DNA of 62,179 nucleotides, filler included, from Babesia bigemina (GCF_000981445.1; 5 parts of 5 records of this genome joined end to end with filler, not necessarily neighbours in it), one strand, 5' to 3'; counted from the first letter of the whole stretch, positions 34,413 to 46,939 are shown. Numbers and translations are program-made. The notes: generated by a model not told the origin, from the letters alone.

Positions 34413-34501
34413 CCTCCAATTACCTCGCCATATTACCGCTATGACCTCTTTAAACCACAATAATAACTTGTGCCTTGTCACCCTTCCCTTACCTTCTGAC
34501 T

Positions 34502-37500
34502 GAGTCCATAGACTGGTTGATCCAGGTTAGGCATGGGAATGGTGGCAGTGATGGTCTTACCAAGTTGTCTCAAGCTTTGAAAAAGTTGATTGAGGAGGCT
34601 ATTGAGAAGGCTACTAAGTCCCTCCAAGCCGAAAAAAATAAACTTGAATGCCCTGTTAAATACAAGGGAAATGAGTCCACTTGCCAGTACTACCAGAGGA
34701 AAATTGATGAACTTGAAAAACCTGGAAAATCTGGAGAAAATTCAAATGGTTTTTCTTCTAAACATTTTAAAGATGCTAAACAAAAATGTGTTGAATCACA
34801 TGAATCTAAGCGTTCCGATTCCCAGAAAAAAGCGTATGATGAAATTACTGAGCGTGAGAAACAACTTGAAGATCTTACTAATAAGCTTAAGAAATTCACT
34901 GAATCACTTGCTAAAACTAATAATGAAAATATCCTTGTTAATTTATGTGACGGTCTTGAGACCTTTCTTGGTTACGATAAGACTTCCAAAGGCTACACTG
35001 GCCAGGGCATTGTGTACTCTGACCTTGATAGGCTTGGTGACGGGGTGATGGGATTTTTGAGTGGTGTGCTTGGTGCGGTGAAAAACACTCAGACATACAA
35101 TGCCGGTAAAAACACATTAAATTCGGTAAGTAATGAAATAAAGAAACATCTTTGCTCAGGTCACGATGGTTTCACTAAGCTTCTTCCCATTCTGACTCAG
35201 GGGATCGAGAGGTACAACATAGAAGTGAGAGAGTCCAATGAGAAAGTTAAGAAGCCCATTGAAGACTTGTTAAATCAGGTGGGTGATGCATTTAAAGACA
35301 AGGTACAAAATATACTGTCGCAGGAAACAGATTATGAGAATGTCGAACAAGTCAAGGCGGCGGAGAAGCAGATTAAGAACATGTTTCGAGACGAGATAAA
35401 AACATTCAATAACACGTTTAATAACGCATATAATTTCACTACTAAAATTGAAAAAACAGACATGAAAATTGCAATTCACTACTTAAATTCCTCGTTGCAG
35501 CTTAGAGTGAAACACGGCGTCAGTAACGTGGCCCATGAGATTAAGCGGCTAGAGCAGGTGGCGGATAAGGAGAGTAAGGCGCTTGAGGAGACAAAAAAGA
35601 AAATAAGCGCTACACTTAGTACGTTGACGTCGGACGTAGATTGCAAAATTGATGCGCAGATTCAGGCGTTTGTTAGACGGGTCAAGGAGATGGTTAACGT
35701 CATATTGAATGAACTTACCAAAATAAACAGTGAGCTGCTACAGCACATTGACACGTTGCAGAATTGGATTGCCAAGGCCGATAATGTTATCAAGGAATCG
35801 TTGAAGAAAGTTGATGAGGTATTGAAGGAGGTTAAGTGGGATGACCCAAATAAATTCCCTAAGAAAATTGAAGAAGTAACAAATTTTATTAACATATATG
35901 CTGGAGGGCTTTACAATGCTGGAAAGGCGGTTACAGAACATATCTCCGGTTGGGTGGATATTGCAAAGGACAAAATTACTAAGTTGGAGACTGGGCTAAA
36001 GGATGATTTGGTTACGGTGAGGGAAGCGATTAAGGCTAAAGTCACTGCAGTCAAGAATGAGATAGGAAAGCTGTGCAATATTGTTAAAGAAGGGAGATTA
36101 GACAGCGAAATACAAGCAGGAGATAAGAAAATCGCAAAGGTTATCGAAGCAATTGAAGCACAAATTAAAGATATCAAAGGAGAAGAAGGCGCTGGTAATG
36201 GACTGCAATGGATCGTCACTGCATTGCAGGAGTATGCAACGAAATTTACAAATAAGACGTTCGAAGAATTGGTTTTGAAGGAATGGATGAATGACATTTT
36301 GGAATCCCAGGGAATTGTAGATGCGGCTCTAACACAGTATGCTCAAACTAACATTGGTTCTTATTTTCGCGCTCATGGACAAACTACCGTAAAAGTAAAT
36401 GTCAAAAGGCATGTTAGAAAAGTTCTTGACGTGAGGCTCAAATCTGTTATTGCCGGAATTGATACGCTCAACCATTCCAATTCCCGTGAGGTCAGTGTTA
36501 ATTTAAATAGCATTAAGAACTTTCTTTCTTCTTTAGCAACACAGCTGACAAACGCTATAAGATTCAAAACTATTGAAGTAACATCAATAATACGTGATAT
36601 AGAAAAAGAGTATGGAAATGATGACGAACTTCAGCACTCATCTGTCGGAGTAAGCCATGAACAAGAAGATCTTCAGAACGCTGTTAACAGCATCCTCCAC
36701 CAGCTCATCGGCCGTGCACAAGGCGCTGCTCAAAAAATTGGTAAGCTTATTGACGAATGCCATTTCGCTAACGTGGGCAGTGAGTTCGCTGCGGCAAGTG
36801 ACCTACATAGAAATATCAATATGGCGATTGGGAGAAATAATAGCGGCCTACCCAATAACGGACCCAACTATGCCGAAGAAGTCGACGAAGCGGTCGAAGC
36901 CATGACGGGAATTTTAGAAGAACAGTTGCCTTTGGATAACCGCGGTAGTGTGTCCCTTGCGCACTTTACGAATTCTTTCAGCAGAGGCAGCCGAGGAAAG
37001 TGCAGAAAGGATCATTTAGACGACGCGATAGAAGATATGAAAACGCAAACGACAGCCAACTTGTCATCCATCGACGACTTCAATACTAAAGCTACGGAAA
37101 AAGTCACTGAAGTTACCACCAAACTCAACCAACTGTGCAATGAGATTATTAAATTAGCGGGGCCCGGAAGCTATCGGGATGGTCTACAGAGCAAACTTAA
37201 TGAATTGAAAAAAGTGTATTTTGCGGAGTTGAGTGAAGGACCTCACGCCGCGAAAAACAGCATCAACAAAATCAAGCAGGACCTCAGCGACCTGCAAAAT
37301 GAACTGCATACTGGCCCTATTGCGAAAACTAAAGATTTAGTTGCATTCCTCACAAAAGCCGAAACAGACGTCGCCAAAGCGCTCAAAGAAGAGGTACACG
37401 GGGACATCAAAAACGCCGAAACTACACTCACCACATTTGCCCGCAAGCAGTATGTTTGCGCTATCAAAGAGTTGTTCACATCGTTTGCCGAAAGGGTGAA

Positions 37501-40120
37501 GAAGGAATTCCAATCTCTACTTGAACCCATTGATAAGGATTTGATTATTGGTATGAAAGGTTTTATGACAAAGATGGAATCGCATTTCGTCAAGTATAAC
37601 AATCGGCTCGAGGACATTGCGAACATTCCCAAAACATCCTCTCCAGGCACACTATCGCCTGTCAGCCGAGCTGCAAATATGTTCATTGATGCATACAGAA
37701 CATTTGTCCGCGAAGTTAAAACGCAGACAGATTTCACATCCGACTTTAGGAAGATCAAACCGTCACATGACGCTCTTACCAAATTACTGGACGGCCTCAA
37801 CGCATCGAAGCACTTCAACTATAAGTTCGAAGAAAACCTGCATGAACTGAAGAATACATTCAAAACTTTCAACCCATCGACATTCGGCGAACCCACGACT
37901 GCGCTGTCACAGTGTCTCAAAGAGGGCATCCGTGCGCTGCTCACCGAGCTCGACAAGGCGTACATTAATCGGTACTCCGGCAGAGTCTTGGATTGGACCG
38001 ATGCCACTGAGCAACGAAACTGCGCCAAACTGCTGTTCACCATCATCTTCACGCTGCAAGAGGACATTGATCGACTGCGTAAAGAGTGTATCACCGGTGG
38101 TCGCTGGAGTGACCAGAGGCTGTACGAAAATGAGAAACGCGAAGAAAATCCGCTTGGTAAATTCTTCAAGCGCTGCGGATTCCAGGTGGCCAAAAATGAA
38201 GATTCAAAGACTGGCGAGCTGAAATACCCGTCGTACCACTTCACCGGTAAATCCGTCTACGAGAGGCTTCTAGACCAGGGGGTTGCGGAGCCAGCGTTAA
38301 TCAAACATCTCAGTAAGTGTGAATCGAATGAGAGCAAGAAGCCCGATCACTTCAATCTATTTGACCTCCTTAGTTGCCTTCTGCATCATGTCGAGAAGTA
38401 CAGTGAAGTGTGCCACATCCCAATTCGCCGCAAACCACGACAACCCTGTAATGTATACGAAATGCTTGTATGGTGCTCCGGACTCACGTATAATGCCGTG
38501 TACCCAACTATGCTTGATGTGACTCTCACTGACTTATTCGTTGACCCTAAAAAAGCGAATGCCGGCGACGGCCCCTCCGCAACGGATATCAGCGTCGCAT
38601 CCATAGAAGCTTACCCAGCGAACATAACTTATGACGCTTTACGACAAGCGGTGGTTGACACGTGTTCCGCATCGTACGATATCCTCTGCAAAGTTGTCGG
38701 TCACGGAGACGCGTTTGCGACGTACGGCATTGACTTCTGCACCAACACCGCAAATTTGTATTACCCTAGCGCGGGAGACGATTGCCTACAGATGTTGCTC
38801 GAGGTCACCCGTAGAGTTATCCCTCCGCTTAAGTATTTGTTGCAGCAGTGCAGCCTAGATTCGCAATGTTCCGGTTGGCGCGAATGTCAGTACGGCAGGG
38901 ATATCATGTCATCTAGGCAACCCTGCAAGGAGCACGCCAACGAGGGATCGATTTGCAGGCCCACATCGCCACTTATGTCGTACCTTAGTGATACGTTACC
39001 CGGCCACCTACCTCACCACGTTACATCAATCGGCTGCAAATCGGTATGCAGCAACTGTCCCAAGGGCCTGCCCGGAATGCCCTGTATCACCCCTCTCGGA
39101 TTTAGAGGCTACTCCGGAAGTACACGGATGGGCAAAGAGCTATGTGAAGTGCTGACCAAATTGCTAGGTAACAAGCTGACTTCATCGTTGTCCTGCTTGT
39201 TTCCCAAGCCGCCGTCCAATCTACCGGAGCATCTCAGCTTCGCGCTATCTCTTACTAATGGCTGGCATAGTGGTGTGTCGAATTCAAAGACACATGTAAT
39301 ACAAGATGCATTTTCAGCATCCATCGCTAAGGCCACGATAAACCTACATGACCAACGCAGTGACTTCACCGATGCCCTGCGTGATGCGTACGGCAGCACC
39401 CGGGACGCGCATGAAGATCGTAATCATAATCCTATATCGGCCGACTTGCGCAGTCTCTCGATGACGCAGTCATGTACAAGTCATCCATGTGGCCCGTACC
39501 TTCAATCCTTGAGCGGTGACTCATATTCATTGCTTGCTCCCAAACACGCTGGTCTCTACCTGTCATGGGCGACATACCTCCCGTGGACGTTTCACGATTA
39601 CCTTAAATCGCTGTTTACAGAATATCAACAGATTTTCTGCAGGGACTGGGGATGCCGTAGATGCCAGCGTGGAGATGGATGCAGGCCGGGCCACCATGGC
39701 AGTTTTGACAACCCTTGTCAGTGTAACTCTCTGGTATCATGCAAAGGTGTTTCAGCCACGCTTTACAAATGTGGATTCGCATTCGGTGATGCGGCTGCGT
39801 TAAATGAAAAAACTAACGCAAGAACATGTACGAAATTTGGCGTACTGTTGAAGAGAGTTATGGACTCCAAATACTTCGTCGCGTTGTTCAAGCAGTGTGA
39901 CGAACTGCTGTTCAAAATCCGCGCCCCCTTCATCTGGCTCAACGTCGCCCTCTGGCTCCTCTCTGTCCTCTACCTCATCCACATCATGGTCATCCGCCTC
40001 GACCTGCTACACATCAAATCGCATCTACATAGTCCCTCGAGTCATCGCATCGCTGCTCAATCGCTACTTGCGGCTGCGCGTGTTAACAAGCTTAACAGAG
40101 TGTTTTATCTGCAACCATAA
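34502..40120 (+). CDS. ves1: ves1-family antigen ORF (~1870 aa), VFYLQP class; starts abruptly at ESIDWLIQV with no start codon
   Basis: First ~65 aa closely match the contig-1 gene from residue 16 onward; first in-frame ATG is at 35048; tail SSHRIAAQSLLAAARVNKLNRVFYLQP. Confidence 0.9.
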   Translation, partial: ESIDWLIQVRHGNGGSDGLTKLSQALKKLIEEAIEKATKSLQAEKNKLECPVKYKGNESTCQYYQRKIDELEKPGKSGENSNGFSSKHFKDAKQKCVESHESKRSDSQKKAYDEITEREKQLEDLTNKLKKFTESLAKTNNENILVNLCDGLETFLGYDKTSKGYTGQGIVYSDLDRLGDGVMGFLSGVLGAVKNTQTYNAGKNTLNSVSNEIKKHLCSGHDGFTKLLPILTQGIERYNIEVRESNEKVKKPIEDLLNQVGDAFKDKVQNILSQETDYENVEQVKAAEKQIKNMFRDEIKTFNNTFNNAYNFTTKIEKTDMKIAIHYLNSSLQLRVKHGVSNVAHEIKRLEQVADKESKALEETKKKISATLSTLTSDVDCKIDAQIQAFVRRVKEMVNVILNELTKINSELLQHIDTLQNWIAKADNVIKESLKKVDEVLKEVKWDDPNKFPKKIEEVTNFINIYAGGLYNAGKAVTEHISGWVDIAKDKITKLETGLKDDLVTVREAIKAKVTAVKNEIGKLCNIVKEGRLDSEIQAGDKKIAKVIEAIEAQIKDIKGEEGAGNGLQWIVTALQEYATKFTNKTFEELVLKEWMNDILESQGIVDAALTQYAQTNIGSYFRAHGQTTVKVNVKRHVRKVLDVRLKSVIAGIDTLNHSNSREVSVNLNSIKNFLSSLATQLTNAIRFKTIEVTSIIRDIEKEYGNDDELQHSSVGVSHEQEDLQNAVNSILHQLIGRAQGAAQKIGKLIDECHFANVGSEFAAASDLHRNINMAIGRNNSGLPNNGPNYAEEVDEAVEAMTGILEEQLPLDNRGSVSLAHFTNSFSRGSRGKCRKDHLDDAIEDMKTQTTANLSSIDDFNTKATEKVTEVTTKLNQLCNEIIKLAGPGSYRDGLQSKLNELKKVYFAELSEGPHAAKNSINKIKQDLSDLQNELHTGPIAKTKDLVAFLTKAETDVAKALKEEVHGDIKNAETTLTTFARKQYVCAIKELFTSFAERVKKEFQSLLEPIDKDLIIGMKGFMTKMESHFVKYNNRLEDIANIPKTSSPGTLSPVSRAANMFIDAYRTFVREVKTQTDFTSDFRKIKPSHDALTKLLDGLNASKHFNYKFEENLHELKNTFKTFNPSTFGEPTTALSQCLKEGIRALLTELDKAYINRYSGRVLDWTDATEQRNCAKLLFTIIFTLQEDIDRLRKECITGGRWSDQRLYENEKREENPLGKFFKRCGFQVAKNEDSKTGELKYPSYHFTGKSVYERLLDQGVAEPALIKHLSKCESNESKKPDHFNLFDLLSCLLHHVEKYSEVCHIPIRRKPRQPCNVYEMLVWCSGLTYNAVYPTMLDVTLTDLFVDPKKANAGDGPSATDISVASIEAYPANITYDALRQAVVDTCSASYDILCKVVGHGDAFATYGIDFCTNTANLYYPSAGDDCLQMLLEVTRRVIPPLKYLLQQCSLDSQCSGWRECQYGRDIMSSRQPCKEHANEGSICRPTSPLMSYLSDTLPGHLPHHVTSIGCKSVCSNCPKGLPGMPCITPLGFRGYSGSTRMGKELCEVLTKLLGNKLTSSLSCLFPKPPSNLPEHLSFALSLTNGWHSGVSNSKTHVIQDAFSASIAKATINLHDQRSDFTDALRDAYGSTRDAHEDRNHNPISADLRSLSMTQSCTSHPCGPYLQSLSGDSYSLLAPKHAGLYLSWATYLPWTFHDYLKSLFTEYQQIFCRDWGCRRCQRGDGCRPGHHGSFDNPCQCNSLVSCKGVSATLYKCGFAFGDAAALNEKTNARTCTKFGVLLKRVMDSKYFVALFKQCDELLFKIRAPFIWLNVALWLLSVLYLIHIMVIRLDLLHIKSHLHSPSSHRIAAQSLLAAARVNKLNRVFYLQP

Positions 40121-40240
40121 TCGTACTCACGTGTTTACCTTCTACACTCACTTAGCATCACCTACTCACCTAACTTATGAATTGTTGTCTAATCTATTGT
40201 ATCACTCACTAATCGTTGTATGTGATTGTGTAGTAGTTAA

Positions 40241-40402
40241 CTAAAGTGCTTATCAAGATGCTGACCAAAGTGCTGACCAATGTGCTGACCAACCACCTGA
40301 CCAAAGTGCTGACCAATGTGCTGACCAACCACCTGACCAAAGTGCTGACCAAGGTGCTGACCAAAGTGCTGACCAAAGTGCTGACAAACGTGCTGACCAA
40401 GT
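40241..40402 (+). repeat. 12-bp satellite
   Basis: Read directly. Confidence 0.92.
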
Positions 40403-40404
40403 TG

Positions 40405-41299
40405 ATGTCACGGCAGCGATGACATGGTCACGGTAGCGATGACATGGTCACGGTAGCGATGACATGGTTACGGCAGCGATGACATGGACACGGCAGCGAT
40501 GACATGGTTACGGCAGCGATGACATGGTCACGGCAGCGATGACATGGTTACGGCAGCGATGACATGGACACAGCAGCGATGACATGGTTACGGCAGCGAT
40601 GACATGGTCACGGCAGCGATGACATCAACACGGCAGCGATAACATGGTCACAGCAGCGATGACATGGTCACGGCAGCGATGACATGGACACAGCAGCGAT
40701 GACATGGTCACGGCAGCGATGACATGGTTACCGCGGCGATGACATGGTCACGGCAGCGATGACATGGACACGGCAGCGATGACATGGTTACAACAGCGAT
40801 GACATTGTCACGGCAGCGATTACAGTTGATGGTTACGGCAGCGATGACAGTTGATGGTTACGGCAGCGATGACATGGACACAGCAGCGATGACACGGTCA
40901 CGGCAGCGATGACATGGTCACGGCAGCGATGACATGGTCACAGTAGCGATGATGTGGTTACGGCAGCGATGACATGGTCACGGCAGCGATGACATGGTCA
41001 CGGCAGCGATGACATGGTTACGGCAGCGATGACATGGTTACGGCAGCGATGTCTTGGTCACGGCAGCGATGACATTGTTACGGCAGCGATGACATGGTTA
41101 CGGCAGCGATGACATGGTCACGGCAGCGATGACATGGTCACGGCAGCGATGACATGGTCACGGCAGCGATGACATGGTTACGGCAGCGATGACATGGACA
41201 CAGCAGCGATGACATGGTTACGGCAGCGATGACATGGTCACAGCAGCGATGACATGGACACGGCAGCGATGACACGGTCACGGCAGCGATGACATGGTG
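40405..41299 (+). repeat. 20-bp satellite
   Basis: Read directly; occasional 24-bp variant containing CAGTTGATGG. Confidence 0.95.
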
Positions 41300-41316
41300 A
41301 CCAGAGTAGTGATTAT

Positions 41317-43104
41317 TACCCACTTTACATCGCCCCCTAACCCACTCTACATCGCTCCCTAACCCACTCTACATCGCTCCCTTATCCACTCCACATCGCT
41401 CCCTAATCCACTCCACATCGCTCCTTAACCCACTCTACATCGCTCCTTAACCCACTCTACATCGCCCCTTTATCCACTCTACATCGCCCCTTTATCCACT
41501 CTACATCGCCCCTTTATCCACTCTACATCGCCCCTTAACCCACTCTACATCGCCCCTTAACCCACTCTACATCGCCCCTTAACCCACTCTACATCGCCCC
41601 TTAACCCACTCTACATCGCCCCTTAACCACATTAAATTGGTCCCTAAACCAATCCAAATCGCCCCTTTAACCACTTCAAATCGGTCCCTAAACCACTCTA
41701 AATTGGTCCCTTAACCACTCCACATCGCTCCTTTATCCACTCTACATCGCCCCTTTACCCACTCTACATCGCCCCTTAACCCACTCTACATCGCTCCCTA
41801 ATCCACTCTACATCGCCCCTTAACCCACTCTACATCGCCCCTTTATCCACTCTACATCGCCCCTTTATCCACTCTACATCGCCCCTTTATCCACTCCACA
41901 TCGCCCCTTTACCCACTCTACATCGCTCCTTATCCACTCTACATCGCCCCTTTATCCACTCTACATCGCTCCTTAACACACTCTACATCGCCCCTTTACC
42001 CACTCCACATCGCTCCTTAACCCACTCTACATCGCTCCTCTATCCACTCTACATCGCTCCTTTATCCACTCTACATCGCCCCTTAACCACTCCACATCGC
42101 TCCCTAACCCACTCTACATCGCTCCCTAATCCACTCTACATCGCCCCTTATCCACTCCACATCGCCCCTCTATCCACTCTACATCGCTCCTTAACCCACT
42201 CTACATCGCTCCTTTATCCACTCTACATCGCCCCTTATCCACTCTACATCGCCCCTTAAATCACTTTACATCGCTCCCTAACCCACTCTTCATCGCCCCT
42301 TAGACACTCTACATCGCCCCTTTATCCACTCTACATCGCTCCCTTATCCACTCTAAATCCCTCCCTTACTCCACTCCACATCGCTCCTTTTACACTCTAC
42401 ATCGCTCCCTAATCCACTCCACATCGCTCCCTAACCCACTCTACATCGCTCCCTTACCCACTCTACATCGCTCCCTAACGCACTCTACATCGCTCCTCTA
42501 TCCACCCTACATCGCCCCTTTATCCACTCCACATCGCTCCCTAACCCACTCCACATCGCTCCCTAATCCACTCCACATCGCTCCTTATCCACTCTACATC
42601 GCCCCTTTACTCACTCTACATCGCTCCCTGACCCACTCCACATCGCTCCCTAATCCACTCCACATCGCTCCTTATCCACTCTACATCGCCCCTTTATCCA
42701 CTCTACATCGCCCCTTAACCCACTCTACATCGCTCCCTAACTCACTCTACATCGCCCCTTAACCCACTCTACATCGCTCCTTTATCCACTCTACATCGCC
42801 CCTTAACCCACCTTACATCGCCCCTTAATCCACTCTACATCGCTCCTTAACCCACTCCACATCGCTACCTAACCCACTCTACATCGCCCCTTTAACCACT
42901 CTACATCGCCCCTTTAACCACTCTACATCGCTCCCTTATCCACTCTACATCGCTCCCTAACCCACTCTACATCGCTCCCTAACCCACTCCACATCGCCCC
43001 TTTATCCACTCTACATCGCTCCCTAACCCACTCTACATCGCTCCCTAACCCACTCTACATCGCTGCCCTAACGCACTCTACATCGCTCCTCTATCCACCC
43101 TACA
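41317..43104 (+). repeat. 22-bp satellite running to the contig end
   Basis: Read directly. Confidence 0.95.
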
Positions 43105-43122
43105 AACGAATCAAGCTATTCT

Positions 43123-43222
43123 NNNNNNNNNNNNNNNNNNNNNNNNNNNNNNNNNNNNNNNNNNNNTTAATTAATTAANNNNNNNNNNNNNNNNNNNNNN
43201 NNNNNNNNNNNNNNNNNNNNNN
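43123..43222. other. Artificial contig linker
   Basis: N44-TTAATTAATTAA-N44. Confidence 0.99.
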
Positions 43223-43401
43223 TAAAACTTTCGTCCCTTTCAAACCTTTAGACGGAGCACCTTTTATAATACCTCTCCACTTTTTTTTTCAGCTCTAATG
43301 TTCATCCCTACCTTACCTGCTCCGAATCTCCTTAACAGGGTTCCTTCAAAGCCACAAGCGTTTTACATCTTCATTCACGTTTAATTTCTCGCGTACGACT
43401 A

Positions 43402-43932
43402 TCAGCGCATTACATTTTCATTTTCGATTTTATTCAATTCAGTCTCAATCTCTCCGACCACGTGGGTCCAGTCCTCCAATTGCTTCTGAAGTTTTTCGTG
43501 ACCTTTACCTGCAACACGTTTCATGAATTCATCGCCAATTTTCTTGTTATTTAACGCACTTAATGCGCTTGTTGCTGCTCCCGTTTTATCGCCGAAACGC
43601 ATCTCATACCTGTGAAGCCACTGGGACACCTGCGTAATCTGAGAGGAAAATACACTGGAACCCTTACCTATCGAATTTTGTAAATTGCTTAATATATCAT
43701 TTAATTCTTTATTATCATCATAAGTTGTCACTTCATTTTCATCTTTCACCGCACCAAGCACACCACTCAAAAATCCCATCACCCCGTCACACAGCCTGTC
43801 CAGGTCAGAGTACACTATCCCACTGCCGTCGTAGCCTTTGGTGTCAGAGTTGAAGCCGAGGAATTTTTCGAGGCCAAAGCAAAGGTTATTAAGGATGTTA
43901 GTAGGGTTGTTATTTGAGGTATTTTTAGGATT
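43402..43932 (-). pseudogene. ves1: ves1-family 5' fragment (cassette start), truncated or degraded toward the contig end
   Basis: NILNNLCFGLEKFLGFNSDTKGYDGSGIVYSDLDRLCDGVMGFL; preceded by in-frame TAA 43933-43935 and leader ATG 44058. Confidence 0.8.
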
Positions 43933-44087
43933 TTAAATTTTGTCAAATTTCTTGTGAAGCTCCCTAGGCGGCACATGGTCAGGGCAGTGGCAAGAGGTGG
44001 AAGAAAGGAAGGGAAGGGTGACAAGGCACAAGTTATTGCTATGGTTAATAGAGGTCATAGAGGTATTATGGCGAGGTAATTGAAGGG

Positions 44088-46292
44088 ATGTAGAGTGGAT
44101 AAAGGGGCGATGTAGAGTGGACAAAGGGGCGATGTAGAGTGGACAAAGGGGCGATGTAGAGTGGGTAAAGGGGCGATGTAGAGTGGATAAAAGAGCGATG
44201 TAGAGTGGATAAAGGGGCGATGTAGAGTGGATAAAGGGCGATGTAGAGTGGATAGAGGAGCGATGTAAGGTGGATAAGGGGCGATGTAGAGTGGATAAAG
44301 GGGCGATGTAGAGTGGGTAAAGGGGCGATGTAGAGTGGGTTAGGGAGCGATGTGGAGTGGATTAAGGGGCGATTAGAGGACGTTAAGGGGCGATGTGGAG
44401 TGAGTTAAGGGGCGATGTAGGGTGGATGAAGGGGCGATGTAGAGTGGTGAAAGGGGCGATGTAGAGTGGATTAGGGAGCGATGTGGAGTGGGTAAAGGGG
44501 CGATGTAGAGTGGGTTAGGGAGCGATGTAGAGTGGATAAAGGGGCGATGAAGGGTGGTTAAAGGAGCGATGTAGAGTGGGTTAAGGGGCGATGTAGAGTG
44601 GGTTAGGGAGCGATGTAGAGTGGGTTAAGGGGCGATGTAGAGTGGACAGAGGAGCGATGTAGAGTGGATTATGGGCGATGTAGAGTGGTTAAAGGAGCGA
44701 TGTAGAGTGGGTTAAGGGGCGATGCAGAGTGGGTTAAGGGGCGATGTAGAGAGGGTAAAGGGGCGATGAGGAGTGGGTAAAGGAGCGATGAGGAGTGGGT
44801 TAGGGAGCGATGTAAGGTGGATTAGGGAGCGATGTAGAGTGGATTAAGGGGCGATGTAGAGTAGGTAAAGGGGCGATGTGGAGTGGATAAGGGGCGATGT
44901 AGAGTGGGTTAAGGGGCGATGTAGAGTGGGTTAGGGAGCGATGTAGAGTGGATAAAGGGGCGATGTAGAGTGGATAAGGGAGCGATGTAGAGTGGGTTAA
45001 GGGGGCGATGTGGAGTGGGTAAAGGGGCGATGTAGAGTGGGTAAAGGGGCGATGTAGAGTGGGTAAAGGGGCGATGGAGAGTGGGTAAAGGGGCGATGGA
45101 GAGTGGGTAAAGGGGCGATGTAGAGTGGATTAGGGAGCGATGTAGAGTGGGTAAGGAGCGATGTAGAGTGGATAAGGGAGCGATGTGGAGTGGGTTAGGG
45201 AGCGATGTAGAGTGGATAAAGGGGCGATGTGGAGTGGGTTAGGGAGCGATGTGGAGTGGACAGAGGAGCGATGTGGAGTGGATAAGGGAGCGATGTAGAG
45301 TGGGTTAGGGAGCGATGAGAAGTGGGTAAAGGGGCGATGAAGAGTGGATAAGGGAGCGATGTAGAGTGGGTTAGGGAGCGATGTGGAGTGGGTTAAGGAG
45401 CGATGTGGAGTGGGTAAAGGAGCGATGTGGAGTGGGTTAAGGGGCGATGTAGGGTGGATAAAGGAGCGGTGTAGAGTGGATAAAGGAGCGATGTGGAGTG
45501 GGTTAAGGGCGATGTGGAGTGGATAAAGGGGCGATGTAGAGTGGATAAAGGAGCGATGTGGAGTGGGTTAAGGGGCGATGTAGAGTGGGTTAGGGAGCGA
45601 TGTAGAGTGGATAAGGGAGCGATGTAGAGTGGATAAAGGGGCGATGTAGAGTGGATAAGGGAGCGATGTAGAGTGGATAAGGGAGCGATGTAGAGTGGGT
45701 TAAGGGGCGATGTGGAGTGGGTAAAGGAGCGATGTAGAGTGGATAAAGGGGCGATGTAGAGTGGATAAAGGGGCGATGTAGAGTGGATAAAGGGGCGATG
45801 TGGAGTGGGTTAGGGAGCGATTAGAGGAGGTTAAGGAGCGATTAGAGGAGGTTAAGGAGCGATGTAGAGTGGGTTAAGGAGCGATGTAGAGTGGATTAAG
45901 GAGCGATGGGGAGTGGGTTAAGGGGCGATGTAGAGTGGATAGAGGAGCGATGTAGAGTGGATAAAGGAGCGATGTAGAGTGGGTTAGGGAGCGATGTAGA
46001 GTGGATAAAGGGGCGATGTAGAGTGGGTTAGGGAGCGATGTGGAGTGGGTTAAGGGGCGATGTAGGGTGGGTAAAGGAGCGATGTAGAGTGGGTTAAGGG
46101 GCGATGTAGAGTGGGTAAAGGGGCGATGTAGAGTGGGTTAGGGAGCGATGTAGAGTGGATAAAGGGGCGATGTGGAGTGGGTTAGGGAGCGATGTAGAGT
46201 GGATAAAGGCCGATGTAGAGTGGATAAAGGGGCGATGTGGAGTGGATTAGGGAGCGATGTTGAGTGGATAAACGGGCGATGTAGAGTGGATA
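44088..46292 (-). repeat. 22-bp satellite upstream of the ves fragment
   Basis: Read directly; G-rich on the plus strand. Confidence 0.95.
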
Positions 46293-46305
46293 ATAAACAC
46301 CACTT

Positions 46306-46742
46306 GTGACCATGTCATCGCTGCCGTGCCCATGTCATCGCTGCCGTGCCCATCAACTTGGTCACCACCTTGGTCAGCACATTGGTCACCACTCTGGTCA
46401 TGGCATTGGTCACCACTTTGGTTGTGGCATTGGTCAGGTGGTTGGTCAGCACATTGGTCACCACTTTGGTCATGGCATTGGTCACCACATTGGGCAGCAC
46501 TTTGGGCAGCATTTTGGTCATGGCATTGGTCAGCACGGGCTGGTCAGGTATGTGGTCAGGGGTCTGTTCAATGGTCAGTACAGAGGTCTGGTCAGGTATG
46601 AGTTAAATGGTCTGTACATAGGTAATTGCAGTGGTCAGCACATAGGTCATTGCATTGGTCAGCACTCTGGTCGTTGCATTGGTCAGCACATTGGTCATGG
46701 CATTGGTCAGCTACTAGGTCAGGTGGTTGATCATCACTTTAG
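46306..46742 (-). repeat. Short 20-bp satellite plus 12-bp satellite (partly degenerate)
   Basis: Read directly; same order as the other cassettes. Confidence 0.88.
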
Positions 46743-46839
46743 TTAACTACTACGCAACAACATACAACGATGAATGAGTGATGCAACAGCTTCAAGCACA
46801 ATTCATATGTTAGGTGGTAGGGCGTTCATAGCGGGCGTT

Positions 46840-46939
46840 NNNNNNNNNNNNNNNNNNNNNNNNNNNNNNNNNNNNNNNNNNNNTTAATTAATTAANNNNN
46901 NNNNNNNNNNNNNNNNNNNNNNNNNNNNNNNNNNNNNNN
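46840..46939. other. Artificial contig linker
   Basis: N44-TTAATTAATTAA-N44. Confidence 0.99.

Noticed and set aside
41625..41715. Degenerate patch within the 22-bp array
   Set aside because: Resembles a low-quality read segment; repeat phase is retained.
43223..43420. Stops and frameshifts after ENENVMR
   Set aside because: At a contig end and probably base-call decay, so not used as evidence of true pseudogenisation.
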